From NCBI GenBank assembly GCA_016934535.1, contig JAFGSQ010000056.1, positions 1-64,000 on the forward strand: 64,000 nucleotides of DNA, given 5' to 3'. A model generated the notes under the pieces. It saw nothing but the letters and a program-made list of their open reading frames with translations. It was not told the DNA's origin and ran no database searches. Each line of letters starts with the position of its first letter. The stretch's first letter is position 1. This document shows, in pieces, positions 1-10,700 of the stretch. A program made the position numbers and the translations under genes. Origin of the DNA: a candidate division WOR-3 bacterium (GTDB lineage Bacteria > SDB-A).

Positions 1-90
1 CCCGTTCCCATTCCGAACACGGTAGTTAAGCCTTCCAGCGCTGATGGTACTTCAGTGGCAACGCTGTGGGAGAGTAGGACGCCGCCGAGG
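1..90 (+). rRNA. rrf: 5S rRNA, 3' portion (5' end outside window)
   Basis: CCCGTTCCCATTCCGAACACGG..GTTAAGC..CAGCGCTGATGGTAC..GGGAGAGTAGGACGCCGCC matches the bacterial 5S consensus; followed by a T run. Confidence 0.95.
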
Positions 91-144
91 TTTTTTATTT
101 ATATCTTTATTTCCAAAATACATCCTGTAGCGTATAAAATCTGC

Positions 145-172
145 TTGACACTTCAACAATTTGTGTTATAGA
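145..172 (+). promoter_or_regulatory. sigma70-type promoter for the OMP gene
   Basis: TTGACA(145-150), 16 nt spacer, TGnTATAGA; strong SD AGGAGG before ATG 206. Confidence 0.6.
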
Positions 173-205
173 TTTCATTTAACTTAGTGAAAAACAGGAG
201 GCAAA

Positions 206-817
206 ATGAAAAAATTGATGCTAATGGCTATCGTTCTGACCGCGTTTTCGGCGGCGGCATTTTCGCAGTTGGCTCTTCCTATTCACTTCGGCGTAAAAGC
301 AGGTCTCGCTCTCGCTAATGTTTACGGTGAAGACGTAGGAGACAGCACTAGCGGTTGGAAGCCCGGATTTTACGGCGGAGCTTACGCCAACTACAGTTTC
401 AGTCCCATGATGGCCGTTCAGGGCGAACTTCTCTTCACACAGAAAGGCACCAAGTACGACGAGAACAACGTCTCCGGATCTTCTACTTTGAATTACATCA
501 ACATCCCTATTCTTCTCAGGTTAAACGTCCCGAATCTCACATTTGGACTTTCATTTTTAGGCGGAGTCGACATGGGAATTAACGTCGGAGCCACATGGGA
601 GTATGAAGCCAATGGAGTCAGTACAGACGGAGATTACGATGACATAAACACGTTAGATCTCGGAGCGGCTTTAGGAGCCGAGGCTTCATATCAGCAGTTC
701 CTTTTTGAAGTCAGGTATGTTCACGGCTTGACTAATATTCAAAAAGAAATCAACAGCGTACAATGGGAAGCGAAAAATCAGGTCATCTGTGCCGGTGTCG
801 GCTATCAGATAATGTAA
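206..817 (+). CDS. outer-membrane beta-barrel protein (PorT-like/OMP_b-brl_2 porin family)
   Basis: Signal peptide; FGVKAGL, GFYGG, ELLFTQKG and LNYINIPILL motifs; C-terminal VGYQI strand. Confidence 0.8.
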   Translation: MKKLMLMAIVLTAFSAAAFSQLALPIHFGVKAGLALANVYGEDVGDSTSGWKPGFYGGAYANYSFSPMMAVQGELLFTQKGTKYDENNVSGSSTLNYINIPILLRLNVPNLTFGLSFLGGVDMGINVGATWEYEANGVSTDGDYDDINTLDLGAALGAEASYQQFLFEVRYVHGLTNIQKEINSVQWEAKNQVICAGVGYQIM

Positions 818-831
818 TTGAAGACTTTTTT

Positions 832-864
832 AAAAAAGCCGCTTTTCGAAGCGGCTTTTTTTTT
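832..864 (+). terminator. intrinsic terminator (potentially bidirectional)
   Basis: AAAAAAGCCGCTT-TTCG-AAGCGGC followed by T9. Confidence 0.85.
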
Positions 865-1506
865 ATGAGGAAGATGATATCGGAAGATTGTTTGAAAAAA
901 ATTTACTGTGAAATTAAATCTGAAATAGAAAAACGGTTCGAAGATTTCAGAAAAATAGGCGCCGGCACCGAAGAGGATGTTTTCAGGGAATTGTGCTTCT
1001 GTATTCTGACGCCTCAGTCAAACGCCAAAAACTGCTGGAGAGCTGTTCTTGAACTCGAAAAAAGAGACCTGATCCTGAAAGGAAATTCAAAGGAAATATC
1101 GGAAGTGCTGAAACTGAAGACGCGTTTTCACAACTGCAAGGCGGAAAATATTGTGCTGGCGAGACAACTCCTGAAAGAATCCCGATTGAGCGGCATTTTG
1201 GAAATCGATGACGACTTTGAGATGAGAATCGAGATCGTAAAACGAGTCAAAGGCATGGGGTTGAAAGAAGCTAGCCATTTCATGAGGAACACGGGAAGAG
1301 GGGAAAACTTTGCCATTCTTGACAGACACGTTCTGAGATTTCTTGAGCAATTGAAAGTAATAAATGAAATCCCAAAAAATCTGACTTTGAAAAAGTATTG
1401 CGAAATAGAAAAACTATACATAAAATATTCAAAAAAAATATCTGTACCTCCAGCGCACCTCGACATGGTAGTTTGGTATTATTCCACGGGTGAGCTTTTC
1501 AAATGA
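865..1506 (+). CDS. ogg: 8-oxoguanine DNA glycosylase/AP lyase (Ogg, Thermotoga/archaeal type)
   Basis: FRELCFCILTPQS; HhH motif KGMGLKEASHFMRN with catalytic K; AILDRH catalytic D. Start re-set from 763 to ATG 865 (or 874) because the extension crosses the terminator. Confidence 0.88.
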   Translation: MRKMISEDCLKKIYCEIKSEIEKRFEDFRKIGAGTEEDVFRELCFCILTPQSNAKNCWRAVLELEKRDLILKGNSKEISEVLKLKTRFHNCKAENIVLARQLLKESRLSGILEIDDDFEMRIEIVKRVKGMGLKEASHFMRNTGRGENFAILDRHVLRFLEQLKVINEIPKNLTLKKYCEIEKLYIKYSKKISVPPAHLDMVVWYYSTGELFK

Positions 1507-2156
1507 TTGGGAAACACTTTGTTTTTGCATTGACAGCTTTTACAATCAAGACGTTCATTTTGAGCGACTGCGTCCCTGCATTGAGCGCTGATGATCCATA
1601 CGAAAGTTACGACAGCTGGAGACGCTTCAAAGTCGCCGAATTCGCTCTTTGTAAAAATTATTCGAGACTTTCTTTCTTCGAAATATCGACGGGAAGTCTG
1701 AAATATAAATTCGGAAAAGGATTGGGATTCGTCGATTTGAACAGAATTGACAACGGCGGAGGAGAAATAAAAGAGGCTTTTACCGTTTCAGTTTTACCTT
1801 TTTCCATATACATGGCATTCCCCCTCGGAAAAGTTCCCAGGTCCGATCAAAATGAATCAGGTGAAGGAAGAATAATAGTCGTACCGAAACAGGGATTTTT
1901 TCAGTACCCGGCTTGTTTATATGTTAACTCGCGGACAAGTATTTTTTCAATGGCGAGTTTCGACGGTAAAAAAGAATACGCGGTCACTTTCGGTTTGTCC
2001 GTCGGTTTTGAAAAATCGCTCTGGTATCAGAGTTTTGCAGCCTGTGAGGCCGGTTTTTACGGATTTCTGTGTCCTGTTACGGACGAAAAAGACTTCGCCG
2101 TTTATGCCGGAATATCAGTTGGAATGTTGTCAAACTGGAAGAGAGTTGATATATAA
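1503..2156 (+). CDS. hypothetical exported, possibly beta-rich protein
   Basis: ATGA overlap with ogg; hydrophobic N-terminus; fills the gap to nadE. Confidence 0.6.
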   Translation: MIGKHFVFALTAFTIKTFILSDCVPALSADDPYESYDSWRRFKVAEFALCKNYSRLSFFEISTGSLKYKFGKGLGFVDLNRIDNGGGEIKEAFTVSVLPFSIYMAFPLGKVPRSDQNESGEGRIIVVPKQGFFQYPACLYVNSRTSIFSMASFDGKKEYAVTFGLSVGFEKSLWYQSFAACEAGFYGFLCPVTDEKDFAVYAGISVGMLSNWKRVDI

Positions 2157-2161
2157 AATCT

Positions 2162-3829
2162 ATGAAAATCTGCATGGCTCAACTTAACACCACGGTGGGG
2201 GATTTTTCCGGTAATTTCGAAAAGGCCAGGAAGACTATCGAGACCGCTGTCGAAAAAAAAGCCGACATTGTTGTGTTTTCCGAACTGTTTGTTACGGGAT
2301 ACCCTCCAAAAGATCTTTTGGAGCAAAAATGGTTTATTGACAGAGCTGAAAGATATAACGAAAAATATCACAATTTGTCCAGATGTGCCCCTTCAACTGC
2401 GATTGTCGTCGGTTCGGTTCAGAGAAACCCTAAAAGGACTGGAAAAGGTCTTTATAATTCGGCTCTTGTGCTTTTAAACGGGGAAATTATTTTCAGTCAG
2501 CCCAAAACACTCCTGCCTTATTATGACATTTTCGACGAAGGCAGATATTTTGATTCATCCGGCGCGTCGGAAACATTTGTTTTCAAAAAAACAAAAATAG
2601 GATTGACCATTTGCGAAGACGCTTGGTCGGATCCGGATTTCTGGGGAGGAAATACACCTTACGAAAGAAATCCTGTGGACGAACTGTGTAAAAAGAGCGC
2701 GAAGATCATCATAAACATTTCCGCGTCGCCTTTTTCGGTGGGCAAACAAAAAAAAAGAAAGAGTTTGTTCGGTAACATTGCCGAAAAATACGGAGTGTTT
2801 CTTGTCTATCTGAATCAGGTTGGAGCGAATGACGAATTGATATTCGACGGAGACAGCTTTGCTCTTTCAGAAAAAGCCAAAACAGTGGTTTCATTGCAGT
2901 CTTTCAGAGAAGAGATAGCTGTAATTGATACCGGAGAAACCGGATTTAATTCTGTTTGGGACAGTCCGGATGAAACGGTGAGCATATTCAAAGCACTCTC
3001 TCTCGGCGTTAAAGACTATTTTATTAAATGCGGTTTTAAAAAAGCGCTGGTCGGTCTTTCAGGAGGCATAGATTCGGCAGTCACCGCCTGTGTAGCCGTC
3101 GATGCTCTCGGAAAGGAAAATGTTACGGGTATAACAATGCCGTCGAGATTTTCTTCTGATGGAAGCGTGGGAGACTCGGTAAAACTTGCCTCAAATCTCG
3201 GCATAAAGCTTTTAAACATAGATATTGATGGAATATATGAGTCGTATGTAGCGTGTTTGAAAAAGCATTTTGAGAACAGGCCTTTTGACTCTTCTGAAGA
3301 AAATATTCAGGCGAGGATAAGAGGCAACATACTCATGGCGTTGTCAAATAAGTTCGGATCAATTGTCCTTTCGACCGGAAACAAAAGCGAAATGGCAGTG
3401 GGCTACTGCACGCTATACGGAGACATGAGCGGCGGGCTTGCTGTATTATCTGATGTACCGAAAACGACGGTCTACAAACTCGCAGATTACATAAACAAAA
3501 ACAGTGAAAAAATACCGATGAACACAATTAAAAAAGCCCCTTCTGCGGAACTGAGATATAATCAGAAAGATCAGGACACCCTGCCGCCATATGATATTCT
3601 GGACAGAATTTTAGAATTGTTCATAGAAGAAAATTTTACCGCCGGACAAATAGTTAAAAGCGGTTTTAAAAAAGAAACCGTCGAGTGGGTCATAAAAAAA
3701 GTTTTTCAGAATGAGTATAAAAGACAGCAAGCGGCTCTCGGACTAAAAATTACGGAAAAAGCCTTCGGATCAGGACGCAGAATGCCTGTTGCCGCAAAAG
3801 CGGATTTTATATCTGATGATCCCATCTAA
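2162..3829 (+). CDS. nadE: glutamine-dependent NAD+ synthetase
   Basis: N-terminal nitrilase domain (SELFVTGYPP, KTLLP, ICEDAW); synthetase domain LSGGIDS, ENIQARIRG, TGNKSE, GYCTLYGD, PSAELR. Confidence 0.96.
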   Translation: MKICMAQLNTTVGDFSGNFEKARKTIETAVEKKADIVVFSELFVTGYPPKDLLEQKWFIDRAERYNEKYHNLSRCAPSTAIVVGSVQRNPKRTGKGLYNSALVLLNGEIIFSQPKTLLPYYDIFDEGRYFDSSGASETFVFKKTKIGLTICEDAWSDPDFWGGNTPYERNPVDELCKKSAKIIINISASPFSVGKQKKRKSLFGNIAEKYGVFLVYLNQVGANDELIFDGDSFALSEKAKTVVSLQSFREEIAVIDTGETGFNSVWDSPDETVSIFKALSLGVKDYFIKCGFKKALVGLSGGIDSAVTACVAVDALGKENVTGITMPSRFSSDGSVGDSVKLASNLGIKLLNIDIDGIYESYVACLKKHFENRPFDSSEENIQARIRGNILMALSNKFGSIVLSTGNKSEMAVGYCTLYGDMSGGLAVLSDVPKTTVYKLADYINKNSEKIPMNTIKKAPSAELRYNQKDQDTLPPYDILDRILELFIEENFTAGQIVKSGFKKETVEWVIKKVFQNEYKRQQAALGLKITEKAFGSGRRMPVAAKADFISDDPI

Positions 3830-4493
3830 CGGATCTGATGGTGTTTTCGGGTGTTTCAAGCTCTTTCAGTATTTCGTGAGAAAGTTTGTCTGCCGGTCCG
3901 CTTTGAAAAAGTTTCGCGTATATTTTCAAGCGCACTGTTTTTTCGACATAATCTTTTTTCATGCTGAAAGTTATGATTTTAATCTTATGTTTTTTTAGAA
4001 GATCTATAAGGACCGTAGGATCAAAAGAATCATCTGCTTCGACAATCAAAAATCTGTAAGTGTCCTTGGTAAAGTTTTTTTCCAACAGGTGAATAAACAT
4101 AAGAGTTATAACCGCCAAAGCGGTTGAATAAAGAGCGATAAAAAAATAACCCGAAGCGACGGCCATTCCTATGCCTGCAGTTACCCACAAAGACGCGGCT
4201 GTCGTAAGCCCTCTGACGTTGAAACCCTCTTTGAGTATCGTTCCGGCACCGATAAAACCTATTCCGGTGAGTATCTGAGCGGCGATCCTTCCTGGATCTG
4301 CTGTCCCTTTAAAAACCGGATTTAAAGCCGTTTCAATAGATATTATCATGAAAAGCGCCGAACCCAGGCAGACGAGAATATGGGTTCTGAGTCCAGCCGC
4401 TCTGCCGTGGACGTCTCTTTCAATGCCTATGAGAGCTCCTAGCAAGGAGGCGACAGTCAGTTTTAGAATATAAGAATAATACTGCGGATCCAT
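3807..4493 (-). CDS. MgtC/SapB family membrane protein
   Basis: IGIER, AGLRTH, DPGRIAAQILTGIGFIGAG, GLTTAA; soluble C-terminal domain. Confidence 0.92.
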   Translation of the reverse strand: MDPQYYSYILKLTVASLLGALIGIERDVHGRAAGLRTHILVCLGSALFMIISIETALNPVFKGTADPGRIAAQILTGIGFIGAGTILKEGFNVRGLTTAASLWVTAGIGMAVASGYFFIALYSTALAVITLMFIHLLEKNFTKDTYRFLIVEADDSFDPTVLIDLLKKHKIKIITFSMKKDYVEKTVRLKIYAKLFQSGPADKLSHEILKELETPENTIRSVRWDHQI

Positions 4494-4547
4494 GATAATT
4501 CAATTATATTGTCAAAACGGAAAATTTGAAAGATAAAGATACCGGAT

Positions 4548-7500
4548 CTATTTCAGACATGAGATGATCTGACTAACGGTTCTTCTTTTTCTGAAGGCAT
4601 TTTTGGCATCTTCGGTTCTGAAAACTTTATCGTACCTGTTTATAATCTTTTTGCATTCTTCAGCAGTTCTTTCGTAATGTTTGCCGTGTTTTGGAAAAAT
4701 TGCGAGTAAAAATGCAAGACTTGCTAAGTCTTCAGGCCATTTATCGTCCGAATCGAGTTGTTTTTCAAGCCTTTTTAGGGAGGATGAAAATATTCTGCCG
4801 TTTCCGAACTTCTGAGCTAAAAAAGTAGAGACTATGCAGTGATTTAAAATGATTCCGGGAAGACCTTCATTTTTTAATTTACTGAACAGTCGTTCGAAAT
4901 CGCATTTGTAATCCTCGGCTAATTTGGAGTTTTCGATTTCAGCAGATCTTAGTAAAAGTATCTGAAGAATATAAAAATGCATATTTAAGCTTTTAATTTC
5001 GCTGAAAATCTTCATTGACTCAATCAGGTGGTTTATTGAAGCCGTTATCTCGTTTTTGTTGTATTTTACTTCCGCCAAACCGAGGTTGTAGTATCCTTCT
5101 CCTATTTTGTTTTCGATCTTCAGGTTAATTTTGTGATATGTTTCCAGCCATTTTATGGCTTCACTGTTTTTTCCGAATTCAGTGTAATAAGTTGAGATGT
5201 TGTAGGACGAGATTGCTTCGCCGAGCGCGTAGCCTGTTTTACGATCTATGTCGTTCGATTTTTCATACGCCAAAAGGGCTTTTTGAGGTTTCCCTAGGCT
5301 GTCGTAAATTACTCCGAGGTTGTTGTAGTTAGTCGATAGGATGGAGAGCAGTCTCTTTTTCGAGGCTTTTTTTTCGATTTCAAGACGAATTTTCAAAGCT
5401 TTCAAAGGCTCGTCTTTTTCATTGAGAATATCGGCCAGTTTACCTCTTAATGAAATAGTATCTGAATCGTCCTTTCGGGAAATAAATTTTTCCGCTTTTA
5501 AAAGATACTCGTGAGAGCCGTTTATGTCTCCAAAAAAATAAAGCACATCCGCTTTGTTCATGAAAATCCTGAAAAAGAATGTATTCTGCAGTTTACTGCG
5601 TTTTAATTTTTTCGCAAGGATAAGCGCTTTTTTCAGGCAATTCCGTGCTTCAGTAAATCGGCTCATCCTCACAAGCTGACTGGATAACTCCAAAAAATAT
5701 GTTATTTTCTCGGAATGATTAAGAGGAAGAGACCTGGCTTTTTCAAAAAATCGAAGGGATCTTTGATGGTTTCCGCTGAAACCGAGAAGTCTTCCCGATG
5801 TCATGAGAAAATCGAAGTAAATAGTTTTCTGAGGAGCGAAATGTCTGTTTTCAGTTATGTCTGAACATTTATCGAGATACTCTATTGAGTGATGAAAGGA
5901 ATAGCGTTTTTCGTCGTAATGCGCCGAAAAAAGATAATAACGGAATGCATCCTTCAAGTTCCCTGATGCTTCAGCGTGGTGAGCCAGCATATGAGCGTTG
6001 GAAATTTCATTTGAAAGTGATTTTTCAAGAAAACTGAAAATCCTTCCGTGTAAATTCGTTTTTTCTTCGTTTGTAAGACTGGCGTATATTGAATCTCTTA
6101 TGAGTATATGATTGAAAATGAATGCGCCTTCGTCGTTTTTTGATATAAAATTCCTACCTACCGTTTTAAAAATTGTCTCCTTGTCAGAAATTCCCGAAAT
6201 GAAAGAGGCCAGGTTTTGATCGAACGCATAACCGACTGCTGATGCGGTTTCGAGAAATATTTTTGATTTCTCGTCCAACATGTCAAAACGACTCAAAATG
6301 ATCTCACCAACGGATTGCGGTACTTCAAAATCGGCGGAAGGTCTGCCTTTCCATGTGTTATTTTCCTTCCACACAATACCTTTTTCGACGAGCATTTTCG
6401 TTATTTCTTCCAAAAACAGAGGGTTTCCCTGACTGTATTTGATGATTTTATCTTTCAAAACAGGAGGTATGTTTTCTATGTTGAGAATAAAAGAAATCAA
6501 TGAATCGGATTGCTCTTTTTTCAGAGGTTTCAGGTTCATTTCATGCAAATTTGAAATTCTTTCAAATTTATCCCTGTATTCTCTGAGTATTTCAACGTCT
6601 TGTATCGAGCGAGCGACCAGTATGAAAATGACTCTGTTCGGCGGAAGTTCCCTTATGAAAGTGTCAATCATGTCGAGCAGTGGTTTTCTCGCCCAATGAA
6701 GGTCTTCAAAAACCAAAACAAATTTTATTCCCGGAGATTTGTTTAATCTGTTGTTGGTCAATTCTGCGAGTGTTTTCAGCAGGAACCTGATTTTGGGTCT
6801 TTCGGTGTTGATTTTTTGTATTCCAGAAAAAAAATCCTTGAACGTTTCGGCGGCAAGCTTGTAGTAAAAAATGCCTTCACTTTTTAAAAATGCCTCTGTC
6901 TTTTCATTGTCTTTTATATTCGTTGAACCGAAAGGTATTCCCGGAAGCATATTTTCAACGAAGGATTTTACGCTGTAGAAACTGTCCGCACCGTACGGAA
7001 GAGTTCTTGTTTTAATGCTTTCAGATTCTTTTATATGGTTGTAAATGAATTCTTCGACGAATCTGGTTTTTCCGACTCCCGGCTCGCCCGTGACGAGTAA
7101 TAATCGGTGTTTATCGTTTTTCTTTTTGAAGTAATTGCAAACCGAAAGAGTTTCCGTTTCCCTGCCGACAAAAGGCACTTGAGTCCATTTGACACCCCTT
7201 CTGCTTTTCCTTTCAGTTTTCACCGAAAGAAATTTATACACGCATACACCTCTTTTTTTCCCTTTGAATTTAATGTCACCGATTAAACGATAATTGAACT
7301 GGTGAGAAGTCGCTTCAACGACTCTTTCGCTGACGTATATGTTATTTTTAGGACATATTTGCTGTAATCTGCTGGCAACGTTAATGGCGTCGCCTACGAT
7401 AGAAAACGATGAAACTCCGTTTACTTCAATGTGACCGCACAGAACATTACCGGAGTGTATGCCTATGTGAAAAGAGATCGGAATACCCGATTCAGAGGTA

Positions 7501-7772
7501 AGAGTGCCAGAGGATTTAAAAATAGAAAAAGCTGTAAAAACGGCTCTTTCGTCCTGGTTTTCAAGAGACGAAGGAACTCCAAACGAAAAAACTATCTGAT
7601 CGCCGACAACCTGATAAAGATTTCCTCCGAAGTTTTTGGCTATGGAGTCTGTTTTACAGAAAACTGACTCAAGAATTTTTTTTACTTTTTCGGGATCGTT
7701 TTTCTCGGCAATTGATGAAAATCCGACGATATCAACAAAAAGAAGAGTGCAGAATCTTCGGGAAGTTTTCAT
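4548..7772 (-). CDS. class III nucleotide cyclase + STAND/AAA ATPase + TPR protein
   Basis: LFVDIVGFS, VGD, GDAINVASRLQ; Walker A GEPGVGKT; Walker B LVFEDLHWA; GNPLFLEE; TPR-like YNNLGVIY repeats. Confidence 0.9.
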   Translation of the reverse strand: MKTSRRFCTLLFVDIVGFSSIAEKNDPEKVKKILESVFCKTDSIAKNFGGNLYQVVGDQIVFSFGVPSSLENQDERAVFTAFSIFKSSGTLTSESGIPISFHIGIHSGNVLCGHIEVNGVSSFSIVGDAINVASRLQQICPKNNIYVSERVVEATSHQFNYRLIGDIKFKGKKRGVCVYKFLSVKTERKSRRGVKWTQVPFVGRETETLSVCNYFKKKNDKHRLLLVTGEPGVGKTRFVEEFIYNHIKESESIKTRTLPYGADSFYSVKSFVENMLPGIPFGSTNIKDNEKTEAFLKSEGIFYYKLAAETFKDFFSGIQKINTERPKIRFLLKTLAELTNNRLNKSPGIKFVLVFEDLHWARKPLLDMIDTFIRELPPNRVIFILVARSIQDVEILREYRDKFERISNLHEMNLKPLKKEQSDSLISFILNIENIPPVLKDKIIKYSQGNPLFLEEITKMLVEKGIVWKENNTWKGRPSADFEVPQSVGEIILSRFDMLDEKSKIFLETASAVGYAFDQNLASFISGISDKETIFKTVGRNFISKNDEGAFIFNHILIRDSIYASLTNEEKTNLHGRIFSFLEKSLSNEISNAHMLAHHAEASGNLKDAFRYYLFSAHYDEKRYSFHHSIEYLDKCSDITENRHFAPQKTIYFDFLMTSGRLLGFSGNHQRSLRFFEKARSLPLNHSEKITYFLELSSQLVRMSRFTEARNCLKKALILAKKLKRSKLQNTFFFRIFMNKADVLYFFGDINGSHEYLLKAEKFISRKDDSDTISLRGKLADILNEKDEPLKALKIRLEIEKKASKKRLLSILSTNYNNLGVIYDSLGKPQKALLAYEKSNDIDRKTGYALGEAISSYNISTYYTEFGKNSEAIKWLETYHKINLKIENKIGEGYYNLGLAEVKYNKNEITASINHLIESMKIFSEIKSLNMHFYILQILLLRSAEIENSKLAEDYKCDFERLFSKLKNEGLPGIILNHCIVSTFLAQKFGNGRIFSSSLKRLEKQLDSDDKWPEDLASLAFLLAIFPKHGKHYERTAEECKKIINRYDKVFRTEDAKNAFRKRRTVSQIISCLK

Positions 7773-7780
7773 TTGATTTG

Positions 7781-10700
7781 TCAGAATCTGAATTCAGCCC
7801 AAAGATTAACTCCGACGTTCCTGATTTTTCTTCCCGTTTGCCTGTCTTCGTTGATGGAGTAAGTGCCGTTCATTCCTCCCGTGACGTTCTGAGAAAAATT
7901 ATAAGAAGCCATGGGAGAGATCGTGTAATTGGATCTGAATGAAATTATCTCTCCGGAGGTCCTGTAAAGTTCTTTTGCCGTATTGTAATTATAAGCGAGT
8001 GAAAAGGTCATCAGGCTGTTGAACTTGAGCGTCCTGCCGAAAAACGGCAGACCTCCCGGGGCTGAGAAACTGTAACCAACCGTCGCTGAATACGAATTGT
8101 TTTCCTGTCTGAGGTAGGTTTTAATGACGCCTATGTTGTCTATGTCGGTCTGTGTTTTTGTCGTCGAGAAATTAGTAAGAAATCCGTTTTTCCATCTTAC
8201 TTGCAAAGACAACAAAGGCGACAGATCTATCCCCAAAGTTGTTCTCGTAGGTTCCTGATCTTCTGGCCCCGATTTTGTCTTCGTGGTCGAAAAGCCGGTT
8301 GAAACGGTTGAACTTTCTATGGCTTTCAGTTTGAGCAGTTTTTGCAAATTTAAAAGACTGACTGTTAAACGCGGCCATGTGGTCGATTCAGTGTAAGTCA
8401 TGTTTCCTATATTGCCGCCGAAATTTCTTGACCAGGCAAAATGAACACCCGTTGTCAGATTGGGAAAACTGAGGCCGGAATTGCCTGTAAAACCATAGGT
8501 CCAGCCGAAATAATCGTTGGGAGATATATATTTACCCGTTTTTTCGGAGTCGATGTTTTCGACGAGTCCAAGTTGGTACTGCCAGTCAGGGATGCCGGTA
8601 AGTCTGTAAAGACGGGTCGTCCTCGTTCGTGAAACAGTTAAACTTAAAGGATTTATGTTGCGGCCCAACCGCCCGATGTTCATCAACAACCAGTGCGGAG
8701 ATCCGACTGTTGCAGATGAATCGCGATTTTCGTCCCTTATTTTTCCTACGAATTCCAGGGGTTGTACAAAACTTATAGAAGTGTTGAAAGAAAGAGTGTT
8801 GGTGTTTGAAACGTTGAAAATGTCGGTAGTATCGTATGTCATAATCAATTCGGGGCGGGAATCTTCCGAATAATTTGTTTCAAAGGATACTGTAGGTCTT
8901 ATAAAAGGAAGAGGAAGAGGTGTGTATCTGGCTGAAACTCTCTGAGTTTTCAATATCTGTCTCCCGAGAAAATATTCCGATATTTCAATGTCTCTGTTCT
9001 GGGAGATTGAATAAGTCAGATTAAGCGGTTTTAAAAGATTGTATCCGAGGGTCATAGTGGAATTCAGATTTCTCTGAAGAAGATTTTGCAGAAGCTGTCC
9101 CGACGTATCCGGAATCAGATGAGACGCGACTTTTGTGTAGGAATATGTGGAGGTAAAACTTATGTTGTTGAAGAACGTTCCGATTTCCTGTCCGGCGAAT
9201 TTTATTGTTTTAATTGAAGGGTTGTGCGACCAGGAGTAAGTAGCCGTTTTTACCCAGGACGAATCCGCTCTGTTGTAACTCAGATTGTTCACATTTGTCC
9301 ATGAGTAATTAAACCTTGAATGATCAATTACCAGAGAGGCAAGAAGATTTAGCGTTCTGCCGGATTTTGAAAAAGCAAAAGAGTAGTGACGCGTTTCCGA
9401 CGATGAAGATTTGTCGTTTGATTCATCCGGATTGAGTCTTATGTCCGATCCGGGATAGAATTTGGGGAGACTGTTGGTTTTCGAGTAAGAGGCGGTGAAG
9501 GGAAGCGACAACATCCATCTTGAAGGTAAAAATTTTCCGCCCTGAAAAATAGCTATTCCGGAATAATTCGTCGAGGTCGAGCCGCTGCCTCTTTCCTCTG
9601 TAATTCTCTGATAGTCGGCGCCATACTGGTAACCGGCAAGGTTTACAGTCAAGACATCTCCGAAAGACATCCCGACGTTGACGTTCGCGGCCATGCCTCT
9701 CTCACGGTAAGGAGAGATCAGCCGAAGGTCATCTATCCATATCTCACCGCCAAGGCCGGCCGTTTGATTCTGGCTGACAATGCTAATGGATGTCCTGTTT
9801 ATTTTTGTAAGGGAAGGTTTGTTAGCTCCGTATGTCGTGACGAAATAATTTCCGGAATTCCAAGTCCCGGAGGTGTCTCCTTCGATGGTTTTTTTCAATT
9901 CTATGAATTCATCGAACTCAATCGAAAGCTCCTGCCACCCATTCGGAACAGGCGTGCGGTATTCGTAGTAGGAAAGCGTGTCCCCGCCGAATTTAATTGA
10001 AAAATACCCGTTCTGTCCTTCTCCGTGAACGTAAACGAGCATTTTTCTGTAGTTGTTGTAATTATCTTCGAGTACGGTTGAATAATAGCAACTGGCTGAT
10101 CTGTTGTAACCGAGATTCCTAATGACAAAAGCGAGGGATTGTTCTTTTTTTGTGTTTCCGTAATTGTCTCTGCCCGGGTCGAACGGAGGCGTGTAATTCG
10201 GGTCGTCGTAATTGTTTCTCGTGGTGACTTCGAAGAACTCTTCAGGAAGAATTACCGCGGCGGAATCCACAGAAAAAACGTCGTTTCTTTTCCATCTGTT
10301 GCCGGACACTGAAATCCCGCCGAAAACCAGCGAGTCTGTGTTTGTAGTAAAGCTGTCGATCCAGATTCTGGCGTATCGCACTCTTTCCCAGTCCGGATAA
10401 CCGACGACAGTTCCTATACCGCTGTCGTGAAGAGGGATTTTGTATAGTCTCCAGCCGTTTCCTCTGTCTATGTCAAGAAAAGAAGTGTCGCCGGGAGAAA
10501 ACGAATATTCGACGTAGTCGCGCGAGAGATTTAGTATTCCGTCGCCGTTCAGATCTTCGGTGTCAAGTATTTTATTGCCCTCTGTTCCCTTGAGCTGTCT
10601 GTAAGTGGAAGAGTTTACGTCGTCAGGGTAATCGTCGTTCCATTCGTCGCCGGGAACATGATTGGCGTCTACGCCTTCGATGCCGTCCAGACCGAAATCT

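Noticed and set aside
206-817. Calling this gene porT of the T9SS
   Set aside because: The family is large and mostly unrelated to secretion; orthology cannot be shown by eye
763-864. N-terminal extension of the ogg ORF
   Set aside because: It overlaps the OMP gene and translates through the terminator (FFKKAAFRSGFFF)
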